From assembly GCA_043228905.1 (NCBI GenBank), contig JBHGNT010000005.1, positions 14,136,001 to 14,200,000 of the forward strand: a DNA stretch of 64,000 bases. The letters run 5' to 3'. Shown here in pieces: positions 12,421 to 23,182 of the stretch. The DNA comes from Azolla caroliniana (Eukaryota > Plantae > Polypodiophyta). Position 1 is the stretch's first letter. Each line of letters opens with the position of its first letter. The notes below the pieces were generated by a model. It saw only the letters and a program-made list of their open reading frames with translations. It ran no database searches and was not told the origin of the DNA. The translations under genes and the position numbers were made by a program.

Positions 12421-15400
12421 TTCGTCTCCTTCATCGACGACTACAGCCAACACACATGGATCTATCTCATCGAGAAGAAAAGCGAGGTCTTTGACTGTTT
12501 CTGGAACCTGTAAAGTCTTCTCGAATGGGAAACGGAGAGGACGATTAAGTGCCTACGGTCGGATGGTGGAAAACAGTATTTTTCCGGCTAGTTTAACATT
12601 TATCTATAGCAGAAAGGAATTTGGAGGGAATTTAGTTGCCGATATATGCTAGAGCAAAACGGCGTTGCCGAGAGGAAGAACCGATCGATTGTGGAGGCGG
12701 CACGGGCTATCCTGGAGGAGAAGAGCACGCCCAAGTTCTACTGGGCTGATGCGATCCAAACGACCGTCTACATCCAAAACTGGATCGGGGATAAGGTGTC
12801 CGCACACGAACTGCATTTTGGGCGGAACCAAAATTTAAGGCACCTTAAGGTATTCGGTAACATAGCCTATATGCATGTACCGGATGAGATGCGGAGAATG
12901 TTCAACCCAAAGTCGGGGAACTGCATATTGGTCGGCTACTCTGATGAGCAGACAGGGTACAAGTGCTACAACCCTCAGACTAAGCAAGTACGAGTAAGCC
13001 AAGATGTCTAATTTGATGAGTCCACATCTTGGTACTATCTACCGACTCTGACCCCCAACTCCGGAGAATGAGGCCAGTGCGCCTGAAACAATTCGAGCAG
13101 AAGAGGAAGAAGAGTTTAGTACTCTAGATGAGAGTCCGATCATTTTGACTGAGCGAGCTGAACGAGTGACCAGTCAAATGAAGAGCTGACGAGTAGTGCG
13201 ACTTAGTCGTGCTCTCCCCACAGAAGGAACCGAGGAGACGGTTCACACACAAAGAGAAGGGGAAGAATATGTCGAAATACGACACCGGTAGAGACGAGTT
13301 AGATTGGAGCGAATCCGACTCTGGAAAGAATGAAGACGGACCTTCGGAAATGAAGTCTGAGTCGGTCAAGAGGGGCTTGAAATCGGCCAATGCGAAATTA
13401 TGTCGACCGACCCGCCAGAAAAACCCCGTAAAACGGTATGGGTATAATGAGTACATGGCGCATCACTACACATACATGAAGAAAGTGGGGACGTGTGTGA
13501 GTCGGAGCTGGAGCGCTACGCATAAGCGGCAAAGGACGCACATTGGCGTGCCGCAATGGAGGAAGCAATGCGAGCACTCGATGCCAATGACACGTGGGAC
13601 TTGGTTGACCCTCACCGACATTGCAAACCCATCAGTTGCAAGTGGGTATACAAGGTAAAATACAATGTCAAGGCTCGGTCAACCGGTACAAGGCCTGGTT
13701 AGTGGCCAAAGGATATGTGTAGACCTACGGAATCCACTACCACGAGACCTTCGCTCCGGTAGCGAAGATGAAAACGGTTCATGTGGCGTTGGTAGTTGTT
13801 GCGGCAACGGGGTGACATCTTCACCAAATGGACGTGAAGAATGCATTTCTCCAAGGTGACCTTGAAGAACGGGTCTACATGATCCAGCCCCCGGTTTTCA
13901 GTCAGAGGTGAACACGTTGGTAGTATGCCGACTCAATAAGTCTCTTTACGGCCTAAAGCAAGCTCCCCATGCTTGGAATTTGAAAATCACACACTTGTTG
14001 CGTAAGGAGAGGTTTGTGGCCTCCAAGTCTGACTCGTCGTCGTTCATCCGGAAAGGTCTGGAAAGTCTGGTGTGTATCTTGTTATATGTGGATGATCTAG
14101 TCATCACAGGACCTAGATTCGTTGAAATCGGCTGAGTGAAGTCCCATTTGTCGGATGCATTCAAACTGAAGGACCTGGGGGACCTTCATTACTTCTAGGG
14201 GATCAACGTGATCCATACCCCTGACAACATATTGTTGTTCTAGAGACATTACGTGTTGAATATGTTGTACAAGTTCGGCATGACCGACTACCGACCAATG
14301 TTCACACCCCTTGGCCGGAATTTCAAGGTTCGTCCCAACTCCAGATCGACTTGCAATGAGAAACGGTTCCGACAGATTATTGGAAGCCTTATATACTAGA
14401 CAATCACCCGACCCAGCTTTAGCTATCCTGTCAGAGTGATCAGTCAGTTTATACAGAAGCTGACCATGGAGCACCTTTAGTGCGCGCACCAAATACTTAG
14501 GTATGCCAGCAACACTAAGGACCGGGGACTGTTATACCGACACTGTAAAATCGAAAAGCTAGTCAAATACTCAAATGCCGATTGGGCCAATGATGCGTCA
14601 AATCGTCTACTTCCGGTTTTTCTTTTTCTTTTGGTAGCAGGACTGTAGCATGGAGTAGCAAAATGCAGCCGACAGTCGGTCTATTGAGCATTAAGGCTGA
14701 GTATTGGGGTGCTACCATTGCAATTGTAAAGTCATCTGGCTTCGGCGACTGCAGCAAGACCTTTGGATCAAAGTACCAACTCCGATCTCGATATACTACG
14801 ACTACATGAGCAACATGCAGCTCGCCAAGAATCATGTGTTCCATGCTTGGACAAAGCACATAGAAGTGCATTATCACTTTGTGCGTGAGCGAGTTCTTAG
14901 TAGTGAAGTTGAACTTAGGTATGTTCAGCCGAATCGGGAGGTTCTCGACATCTCACGAAGGCAGTCGGCACCGACAAGTTGCAACATTTTTCGGAGATTC
15001 TTGGATTACAACATCTCGAAATGTCGCACTTGAGGGGGAGAATCGGTACTGATACGGGTAGAACCGGAACAGAAACCGGGAAAACAAGCAAAGACACCGG
15101 ACAAGCAGCCAGAGAGAAGGAAACCGAAATAGGGGGAGAAAAGAAGAAGAAAAGAGTCGAGTCAACTGAAGAAGTCGGCACATCCGAATAAGTCGAAACA
15201 AGTGGTGACGGTAGCAAAGTCAAGAAGGATTGAGCCGACCAGAAGAAGAAGGCCAAGACGCCAACGTGGTCTAATATTGTGAAGGGTCAGAAGATTGAGG
15301 ACGAATTGGAGACAACCAATTTCGACAAGAGCTGGAACGAATCCAAAGCACCCGATTCGGAAGAGGCATTTGATTTGGAGGAGCTGAATCAACTAAAGTC

Positions 15401-16105
15401 CGAACGGACGAGAAGGTAGCGGAAGTTGACATCAACACGAAGGAACCGACGGATTAAGAAGCGCCAAAGTCACAGTAGTGAGGGAGCTGAGTTGAGCCTT
15501 ATGAGTAGGCAAGCCAATCGAGAAGGTCGAGGTGCGTGGATTCAGAGGACTCGTGGAAAGTGGAACCGGACGGGTCGAGGACTGCGAGCAAGGCGGGAAG
15601 ACGCCAGGAGGAGCGACAGGGAAGGACCGGCAGACATTAACACCACGATCCGACCTCAAGTTGAGCTTGAGGGGGAGTGTTGAGCGGACAAGCTCAACTG
15701 GATCCGGATCGGCTGAATAAGCCAGAGTCGGATCGAAATCCCGAATGGAGAATCAGATAGGTATCCGGATCGGACTGTAACCGGTAGGCCGTTAGAGGCC
15801 TATGATCCTAGTCTAGTACGTAGGCATATTTTTTAGGAGTCAGTGTCAGTTGCTCGTATGAGCATTGAAGTACATGTCAGTACTTCTGTCAATTCTTTTA
15901 AGGACTTGTATAAAAGTGCTCACTGAGCACATTGTATGTACAGAGTGTTATTTTTTTAATTGAGTTTATGGTTTCTGCTCTCTCTGTCTCCTCCCTCGTA
16001 CACACACTCTCTCTGTGTGTGATTAACCTTTCCATTAAACCTGTTCTTATTCTCTAATGCCATCTGGTGAAGCTGGTTTCGTCTACAAGCTTCTGCACAC
16101 TACTT
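12421..16105 (+). mobile_element. 5'-truncated degenerate Ty1/copia: integrase, RT, RNase H, ~650-bp 3' region, PPT and 3' LTR (15678-~16105)
   Basis: QNGVAERKNRSIVE; KSLYGLKQAP; LLYVDDL; TKHIEVHYHFVRE. PPT GAGGGGGAG lies directly before TGTTGAG. The LTR belongs to the same family as those at 26314, 28455 and 60702. Confidence 0.9.
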
Positions 16106-16106
16106 T

Positions 16107-17972
16107 TTACACAGTCCACACACTTCTCTAACTGCACTGCATCCACTTCTAGGAGAAGTTCCTGGCCTCTTATGTCATAACTCTCAACTCGAGTTAGCTA
16201 CCACATTTGCTTCCAACTTGCACAATCGAGCATGCATCATATACAATGTGTCATCTTTCTGTGCTCGGGCAACTATGAGGTTTCCATGGCAAAACTTCCA
16301 CTTGCCATTTTGGAAGACACCAATGTAGCCTTCATCATCCAATCTTCCAGTCAATATCCGATTTAATCTGATATCGGGGACGTGTCGAACTTCCCTCAGA
16401 GTCAGTTGACAACTTGTCGACATCATCAAGCTTATGCTTCCGATGCCGGCTAAATTTCACTCTCTGTTATCTCCCATCTTTAAATAGCCATGATCCTTGG
16501 CTATGTAAGTCGAGAATCTTTCTCTCGAGGGAGTTATATGGAATGATGCACCAGAGTCGATCACCCATGTGCACTCTTCATTTGCATGATTTGCACATAC
16601 ATGTTCACAAATGAACAAAAGTTCTTCTCCCTTCTTTGTGGACTTCTTTGTTTGTTCCTTCCTTTGGCGGTATGTTCAGCTACATTTGATTCTGATTGAG
16701 GCATGACACCCTTTATCCTTCCTTCTCTTCTACTTGTTCAAGATACTTATCTTCACCACTTGTAGAGACAAGTTTTCTTCTTGACACGAGGTGTTGAGAG
16801 TCACCACCAGATTCTCCCAGTTGTCCGGTAGGGTACACAATAGTAGGATGGCATGCATTGCAACAAGGGGAAACTTGGTTGCCGCAAGTTGGTTTACATA
16901 CCCCATGAATGTAATTATGTGCTCCACAATGCTCTCTTTGTCCCTGTACTTCAACCGTACGATCTTTCTCATCAAAGATGTCTTGTTCAAGGCATTCTTC
17001 CTCTCGTACAACCCTGACAGTTTCTGCCACATGTTGTAGGCATTTGTGTCGTTTGCCACATGCTGAAGGACACTGACATCTACCTATTGTCTGATGGTGG
17101 CCACTGCCTTCCCGTTAAGGAGTTTCCATTCAGACTCTAATACCCCTGTGGGTATTTGCTCTCTATCGATGGGCTCGTATAGATCTTTGATGATGAGAAG
17201 ATCTTCCATCTTGATCTTCCAGTCTGCGTACTAGTTGTGTGAGTTCAGGACCATCATTCCTGGGAAGCCACTCACACCTCCTTCCATCTCTACACTTATT
17301 GCTCTGATACCAATTTCATGGGATCGAATCAAAGATCTGTGAGGAAGATATGTTGAAAGACACCTCGTAGAAACTGACAAACAACAAATGGACAAGATTC
17401 GCACAGTACACAAGTTTTACGTGGAAAACCCTAAATGGGAAAAACCACGAGAGAACAAATCTTCACTATTACAGTGGATATACAATGCGAAGAGATTACA
17501 ACACACACACACACTCTCTCACTCGCTCGATCGATCGATACAAAGTGTAACAACCGCATAGGGCTCTTGGTGTCTGGACTTCTACAGCTATGGTGCCGCT
17601 CTCTCTCTTCTCGGTACTGAAACTCTATATTGCATCACTCTGTTCTACTCTTCTCCATGTTTGCCCTAAGTGTATTTATACTTATACAGAGTATGGGCTA
17701 TTTACAAATATGGTCTCTATTACTATGACTCCTATTATTATAGTAATAACAACAGTAGTTATTCAGACGACTAGTCGATTCGACCATCTGACTCCAGTGT
17801 CGACTGTCCAGTCGACCATCTGGTCGGCGCGACTAATCGGTCGTGTCTTCGACTTGGATCACTTATATTGTCAACTCTCTGTGTCTTAGATTGTCGGCTA
17901 CTCCTTGTCTTCGACTACCAACGCTTAGTCCGACCAGTGGGCTCCTCCCATAGGAGGGAAAGATTCCTAACA
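16107..17972 (-). mobile_element. 5' part of a Ty1/copia (Tnt1/Tork-like) element: LTR ~17316-17972, tRNA-iMet PBS, gag and protease
   Basis: PBS TGGTATCAGAGC on the minus strand at 17301-17312; gag LLLCTLPDNWENLVVTL; post-protease LREVRHVPDIRLN...GRLDDEGY. Confidence 0.87.
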
Positions 17973-18697
17973 GATATTTGCTTATGAAGGTGTCCAGTAA
18001 GTCATTTTCTTTCATTTCCAAAGTGACCAGGTAATGAAATGAAAGGACTTTTCTGGTTTTGTCTGATGGTTCATGGTGTTCTTTAAGGAGATCCCACATT
18101 TCTTTAGATGACTAGTGTTTGACGAGATCGACTTGTCTATTTGTTAGATGCATGATGATTTCAGTCCCTGCATCTAGATCTATCATCTCCATTTAATTTG
18201 CTTGACGTCCTGTGGTTGGTTGTTCGATTTCACCTTTGATTATTCCAAGCAGGTCCATTCGTTGTAGGATGAGTTGCATCTTTAATTTCCACATCCTGTA
18301 GTTGTTTTCATTTAATTTTTCAATTAAATACTTTCTTGTGGTAGGTGTTGTTGATGTTGCTATTGAGGCTGTTGATGCTCGTTTACTCAAAGCCATTTCT
18401 GTAGACCTTTCGGATCAACTTGTAGAGAATGCTTGGAGAGAAAATGGATATCTAAGATTGTTTTGGCTTTGATACCATGTAAGTATTTCAGATAACAAAG
18501 CTTCTATGTATAAAAACGCCCTAACATAATGATTCTTATTGATGGTATATATACACGTACAATCTTGGGAAAACAGTTACATGAACCTTTACGGTTCTTG
18601 GAAAACAGTTACATGTGAACCTTGATGGTTCTTTATTCACGGTAAAATATTCTCTAATATCCTAATATATATTGCTTGCATTAATAATGTTCTAACA
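17973..18697 (-). mobile_element. 5' end of another Ty1/copia element: short LTR (~18478-18697), PBS and gag start
   Basis: PBS TGGTATCAAAGC on the minus strand at 18466-18477; gag IEKLNENNYRMWKLKMQLIL; LTR TGTAAG...CTAACA. Confidence 0.78.
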
Positions 18698-19377
18698 GGT
18701 GGATGCCCTTTCCCGGCCTGCTAAGGAATGTACTTTACTCACTTACATATACCAACAGTTATGTTATGTGTAACTCCTCTCCTCTCCTCTCCTTTCCTTT
18801 CCTTTCCTACACTCTACTCTACTCTCCTCTACTTAAATGGCATGGTATTGGTTACGATCAGCGTTGAGTTAGTTTCTGATTAATGTTTGGAATTGGTTAC
18901 TTCATTCATACATGTGACTTTTGGAGAGAGCCAATGACCATACATACATATCATTACTATTAGACAAACCAGCTAAAATTATGGAAGCAGTTTGGAATAT
19001 GAATGACCTCACTCACTACTACACAAAATTAGTAGCTTCTGGATGATTAGCAGCCACATGATGTGGATGATGATGATGATGTGTACGTACAATTGAGGTT
19101 GAATCTAACCATTATTAGCACGTCAGGAGGGTATTAGTGCTAGGACTAACAAAACTGCGCAGACTATGTAGCTTTAAAGCTGCTCAGCTAGCTAACCACA
19201 TCAAAATAAAAAGAGACGTCCAATGAATGGGTTGGTTGGTTGGTGGCCAAAATATTTAGTGGGACCCACCCTAAACCGGGGGGGAGAGAACGAGCGCACA
19301 CATTTGTATATAGTTTTATATGAGATGTCAGCTTCAATTACTAATGATGCGAAGGACATGAAGAATTTAGTAATTAG

Positions 19378-19407
19378 TTAGGGTTAGGGTTAGGGTTAGG
19401 GTTAGGG
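19378..19407 (+). repeat. Interstitial (TTAGGG)5 telomere-like tract
   Basis: Five perfect TTAGGG units followed by G-runs. Confidence 0.9.
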
Positions 19408-20630
19408 GGGGTTTGGAGGGGAGACCCACCACCCCCCTAATAAGGCATGCAAAAGGGAGGAGAGAGTGAATCGCAATACATACATTGGGTAATTATAGGG
19501 CGGTTCTGTGTAAGTTGACTTGTAATGGGTTTTTATTTATTAATTGAAAGGGAAAGAAGAAGTAGAAGTGACCCCCCCACCCCACCCTCCATCTCATTAA
19601 TTAATAATTAGTATTGTTGTTAAGAGGGTATGGCGGGGGGTTGGTTTAGGAGGAGATATTAAAGTCTCATGTATGATTCCTCCAATCTCTCTCTCTCTCT
19701 ACAATCATAACATAATATATGTATGTTATGTGGAATCTTAAAAAATAGAATATGTCTACATTGGATGGAATAAAGATCTGACTCTATACAATCTTTAATG
19801 CCTGAACACGCGCGTCATCTCCTCTATTTAAATGCATTTACCAATACATACATACTTACGTGTGTACTAAACATTTGGCCCAACATTATTTGATGTTTGA
19901 GCGTCTTATTATTGTCAGACATTAAGTAGATAGTAGATATGCCGGTGATGGTCTAATCTCTATAATATTTTCCCTCCATCACTTTAGAGATCAGAGAAGC
20001 GAGACTAGAGAGAGCCTGCATATATATATATATATATATATTCTTCAATCCATCCATAGATTCCATTCCCACAGTAACTGGGGATTTAGAAGTTTAATTT
20101 CATGTGTGGCCAATCTAAATCTGTGCTGCGGTGCTGGTGATCGTCACATATGCATTTGTAATCTTGAGGAGTAGAGTACAGTCAGTGTCCTAGGACCCCA
20201 TCCCCAGCCTCCCTACTAGGTACTCTCTCTCTCTCTCATTCACCGCCTCCTCAGGGTAATTATAAGAACTAACTACTTAATTAATCAGGTTTTTTGCACC
20301 TTGGAAACGAGGAGGTAGCTTATTATACATGTATTTTAAAACATATTTTCACATCCACTTAAAGTCCAAGCCAACACACACATACGTACGTACGTACATT
20401 CACGTTTTGAAACAACAACTCTCTTTTAGAGGCAATTAGCAGAAGTCTGCCTCTCCTTGTATTAATAATTAATATCTCTTTGCGAAGGCTGCTTAATTTG
20501 GAAAGTTTCAAATCGAACTTGGCTGAATTTGAAGCAGTGATCATAGAAAAGTACATCAATCTAATCTATTTGTTGTCCTTGGATAGATTTGTAGGATTAT
20601 AAACCTAGCAAACTATGAGAAAAACGGATT

Positions 20631-20638
20631 GAATATAC
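20631..20638. promoter_or_regulatory. P1BS (PHR1-binding GNATATNC) element upstream of PHT1
   Basis: GAATATAC lies ~580 bp before the ATG. P1BS is the established Pi-starvation element of PHT1 promoters, but this short motif can occur by chance. Confidence 0.5.
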
Positions 20639-21216
20639 AAGATTTTGGAATATATCTTGATTTTTTCATAAACTCGGGTTGGATAAGTTATGTTATATAA
20701 TAATTAGCACTTCCTATATTGGACAATGGAAATCGCTCGAGTGCTTTTACTATCGTCATTATTACTATTATTATTATGTATAATCATTCTAAGAAATTAA
20801 CAACTAAGGCACTTTCGTAATTAGACTCCAATTTCTCTAGTAGTCAATCATAGATAGAGCATATCAGCTGGCCATCTATCACAAACATTCTCGTAGCTCA
20901 TGTTGTTACTATGAGGCACACTTTTTAAGTTAAGTTTTGATTTAAGAATTATTATTTTTAAATAGCATATGGGCAAGTGTTACAAGTCATTTCTTGTTTG
21001 TAATAAAATGGTATTGCAAAGTTGTGAGCGAGCGTTGATTGTGTAGGAAGGAAGGAAGGAAGGAAGGAAGGAAGGACAAGCAAGGAAAGTAGTTAGTAGT
21101 ACGTACATCCATCCCGCTTCCCCTTGATATTATTTCCAGCAAGCAGCATATTACAGGGCCAGCCACATTCAACATACGCAGGAAAGCGACAGACATAGTA
21201 AGGTTAAATTATAATC

Positions 21217-22839
21217 ATGGCGGAAACGCAAACACAAACACAAACACAAACGTTGGAGGTATTATCGGCATTGGACGTGGCGAAGACGCAATGGTACCAC
21301 TTCACCGCGATCGTGATCGCGGGAATGGGATTCTTCACTGATGCCTACGATCTCTTTTGCATCTCCACGGTGTCAAAGCTACTGGGCAGACTCTACTACT
21401 ATAGTCCCGGTAGTGACCATCCTGGAACGTTACCCCCTGATGTATCAGCTGCAGTGAATGGTGTTGCCCTTTGTGGAACGCTGGCTGGCCAACTCTTCTT
21501 TGGCTGGCTCGGCGACAAACTGGGCCGCAAGAAGGTGTATGGCACCACACTCCTCCTCATGGTCACGTCCTCTATCGCCTCTGGACTCTCTTTCGGCAGT
21601 ACCGCGAAATCTGTCATGACGACACTTTGCTTCTTTCGTTTCTGGCTTGGCTTCAGCATTGGTGGCGATTACCCCCTCTCAGCTACAATCATGTCTGAAT
21701 ATGCCAACAAGCGCACTCGCGGCGCATTCATTGCTGCTGTGTTTGCCATGCAAGGCACTGGAATATTGGTCGGCGCCACTGTCTCCATCCTCGTCTCCTT
21801 GGCCTTCAATAATGTCTATCCATGTCCTGCATACGAAGATGATCCTGTAGCCTCAACTCCGCGACAAGCCGACTTCGTTTGGAGGCTAGTCTTCATGTTT
21901 GGTGCAATTCCTGCAATCCTCACGTACTACTGGAGGATGAAGATGCCAGAAACAGCTCGCTACACAGCATTAGTGGAAGGAAATGCGAAGCAGGCAACGA
22001 TCGACATGACACGGGTCTTGGCTGTAGAACTGACGTCAGAGCAAGAAAAGTTGGACAAAATTCGAGGGAAAGGCAAACAATATGGTCTCTTCTCATGGCA
22101 ATTTGGACGAAGGCATGGCTTGCACCTTTTGGGAACCACAACTACTTGGTTTCTGCTTGATATTGCCTTCTACAGCCAGAACCTCTTCCAGAAGGATGTC
22201 TTGACTGCTGTGGAGTGGTTGCCCAAGGCAGCGACAATGAATGCAGTGGAGGAAGTCTTCAGGATCAGTCGCGCACAAGCTGTCATCGCCCTTTGCTCCA
22301 CCGTTCCTGGCTATTGGTTCACAGTTGCCTTCATTGACAGACTAGGGAGATTCAAAATCCAACTCATGGGCTTCTTTATGATGACTGCCTTCATGTTTGG
22401 GCTTGCCATTCCTTACGACACACTCAAGGAAAAGAACCACCGTATCACATTTGTGGTGTTGTATGCATTCACATTCTTCTTTGCTAATTTTGGACCCAAC
22501 AGCACCACTTTTATTGTGCCAGCAGAGGTATTCCCGGCACGATTGCGCTCGACATGCCATGGCATCTCAGCTGCAGCAGGCAAGGCAGGGGCCATCATTG
22601 GGGCGTTTGGGTTTCTTTATGCGGCGCAGAGTCAAGTGCCAGGGCAACAAGAGGAAGGATATCCTAATGGTGTTGGTGTTCGAACATCATTGCTTATTTT
22701 GGGTGCCATCAACAGCTTGGGCTTTCTCTTCACGTTCCTTGTGCCGGAAACAAAGGGGCGATCCCTAGAGGAGATCTCTGGTGAGAATGATACCGATGCC
22801 AACAATGATCAGAAAATTAATGACGCTCCCGAACCTTAA
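21217..22839 (+). CDS. PHT1: PHT1-family high-affinity H+/phosphate symporter (MFS), 540 aa, intronless CDS
   Basis: Signature [13 protein letters not shown]; [29 protein letters not shown]; [12 protein letters not shown]; [10 protein letters not shown]. Uninterrupted ORF. Confidence 0.98.
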   Translation: MAETQTQTQTQTLEVLSALDVAKTQWYHFTAIVIAGMGFFTDAYDLFCISTVSKLLGRLYYYSPGSDHPGTLPPDVSAAVNGVALCGTLAGQLFFGWLGDKLGRKKVYGTTLLLMVTSSIASGLSFGSTAKSVMTTLCFFRFWLGFSIGGDYPLSATIMSEYANKRTRGAFIAAVFAMQGTGILVGATVSILVSLAFNNVYPCPAYEDDPVASTPRQADFVWRLVFMFGAIPAILTYYWRMKMPETARYTALVEGNAKQATIDMTRVLAVELTSEQEKLDKIRGKGKQYGLFSWQFGRRHGLHLLGTTTTWFLLDIAFYSQNLFQKDVLTAVEWLPKAATMNAVEEVFRISRAQAVIALCSTVPGYWFTVAFIDRLGRFKIQLMGFFMMTAFMFGLAIPYDTLKEKNHRITFVVLYAFTFFFANFGPNSTTFIVPAEVFPARLRSTCHGISAAAGKAGAIIGAFGFLYAAQSQVPGQQEEGYPNGVGVRTSLLILGAINSLGFLFTFLVPETKGRSLEEISGENDTDANNDQKINDAPEP

Positions 22840-23182
22840 ATCTTATGACAATTACGAAATGACACTCCATTATTTAATAAAAACTCCAATTATTTATTAC
22901 GTTTCTATTTTCCTTTTACTGTTCCTTTAAATTAAGATGGTACGTACTACTTACTGTAAATTACTTGTAGTTTTCCAGAACTTGAGGGTATTAAGGATTG
23001 AAATCAATCCTCATCATAGACACTATTGATGGAAAGAAATTTATATATTACCTCTTTGATTTTGATTAAGCATACACAAGAAAATACATGTACAACTCCA
23101 GATACAGCTATCAGCATTGCGAAGGCCAGTCCATTTTGAATCACCAATGTGACCAACTCTCTTCTTGCATACCTTATCAATG

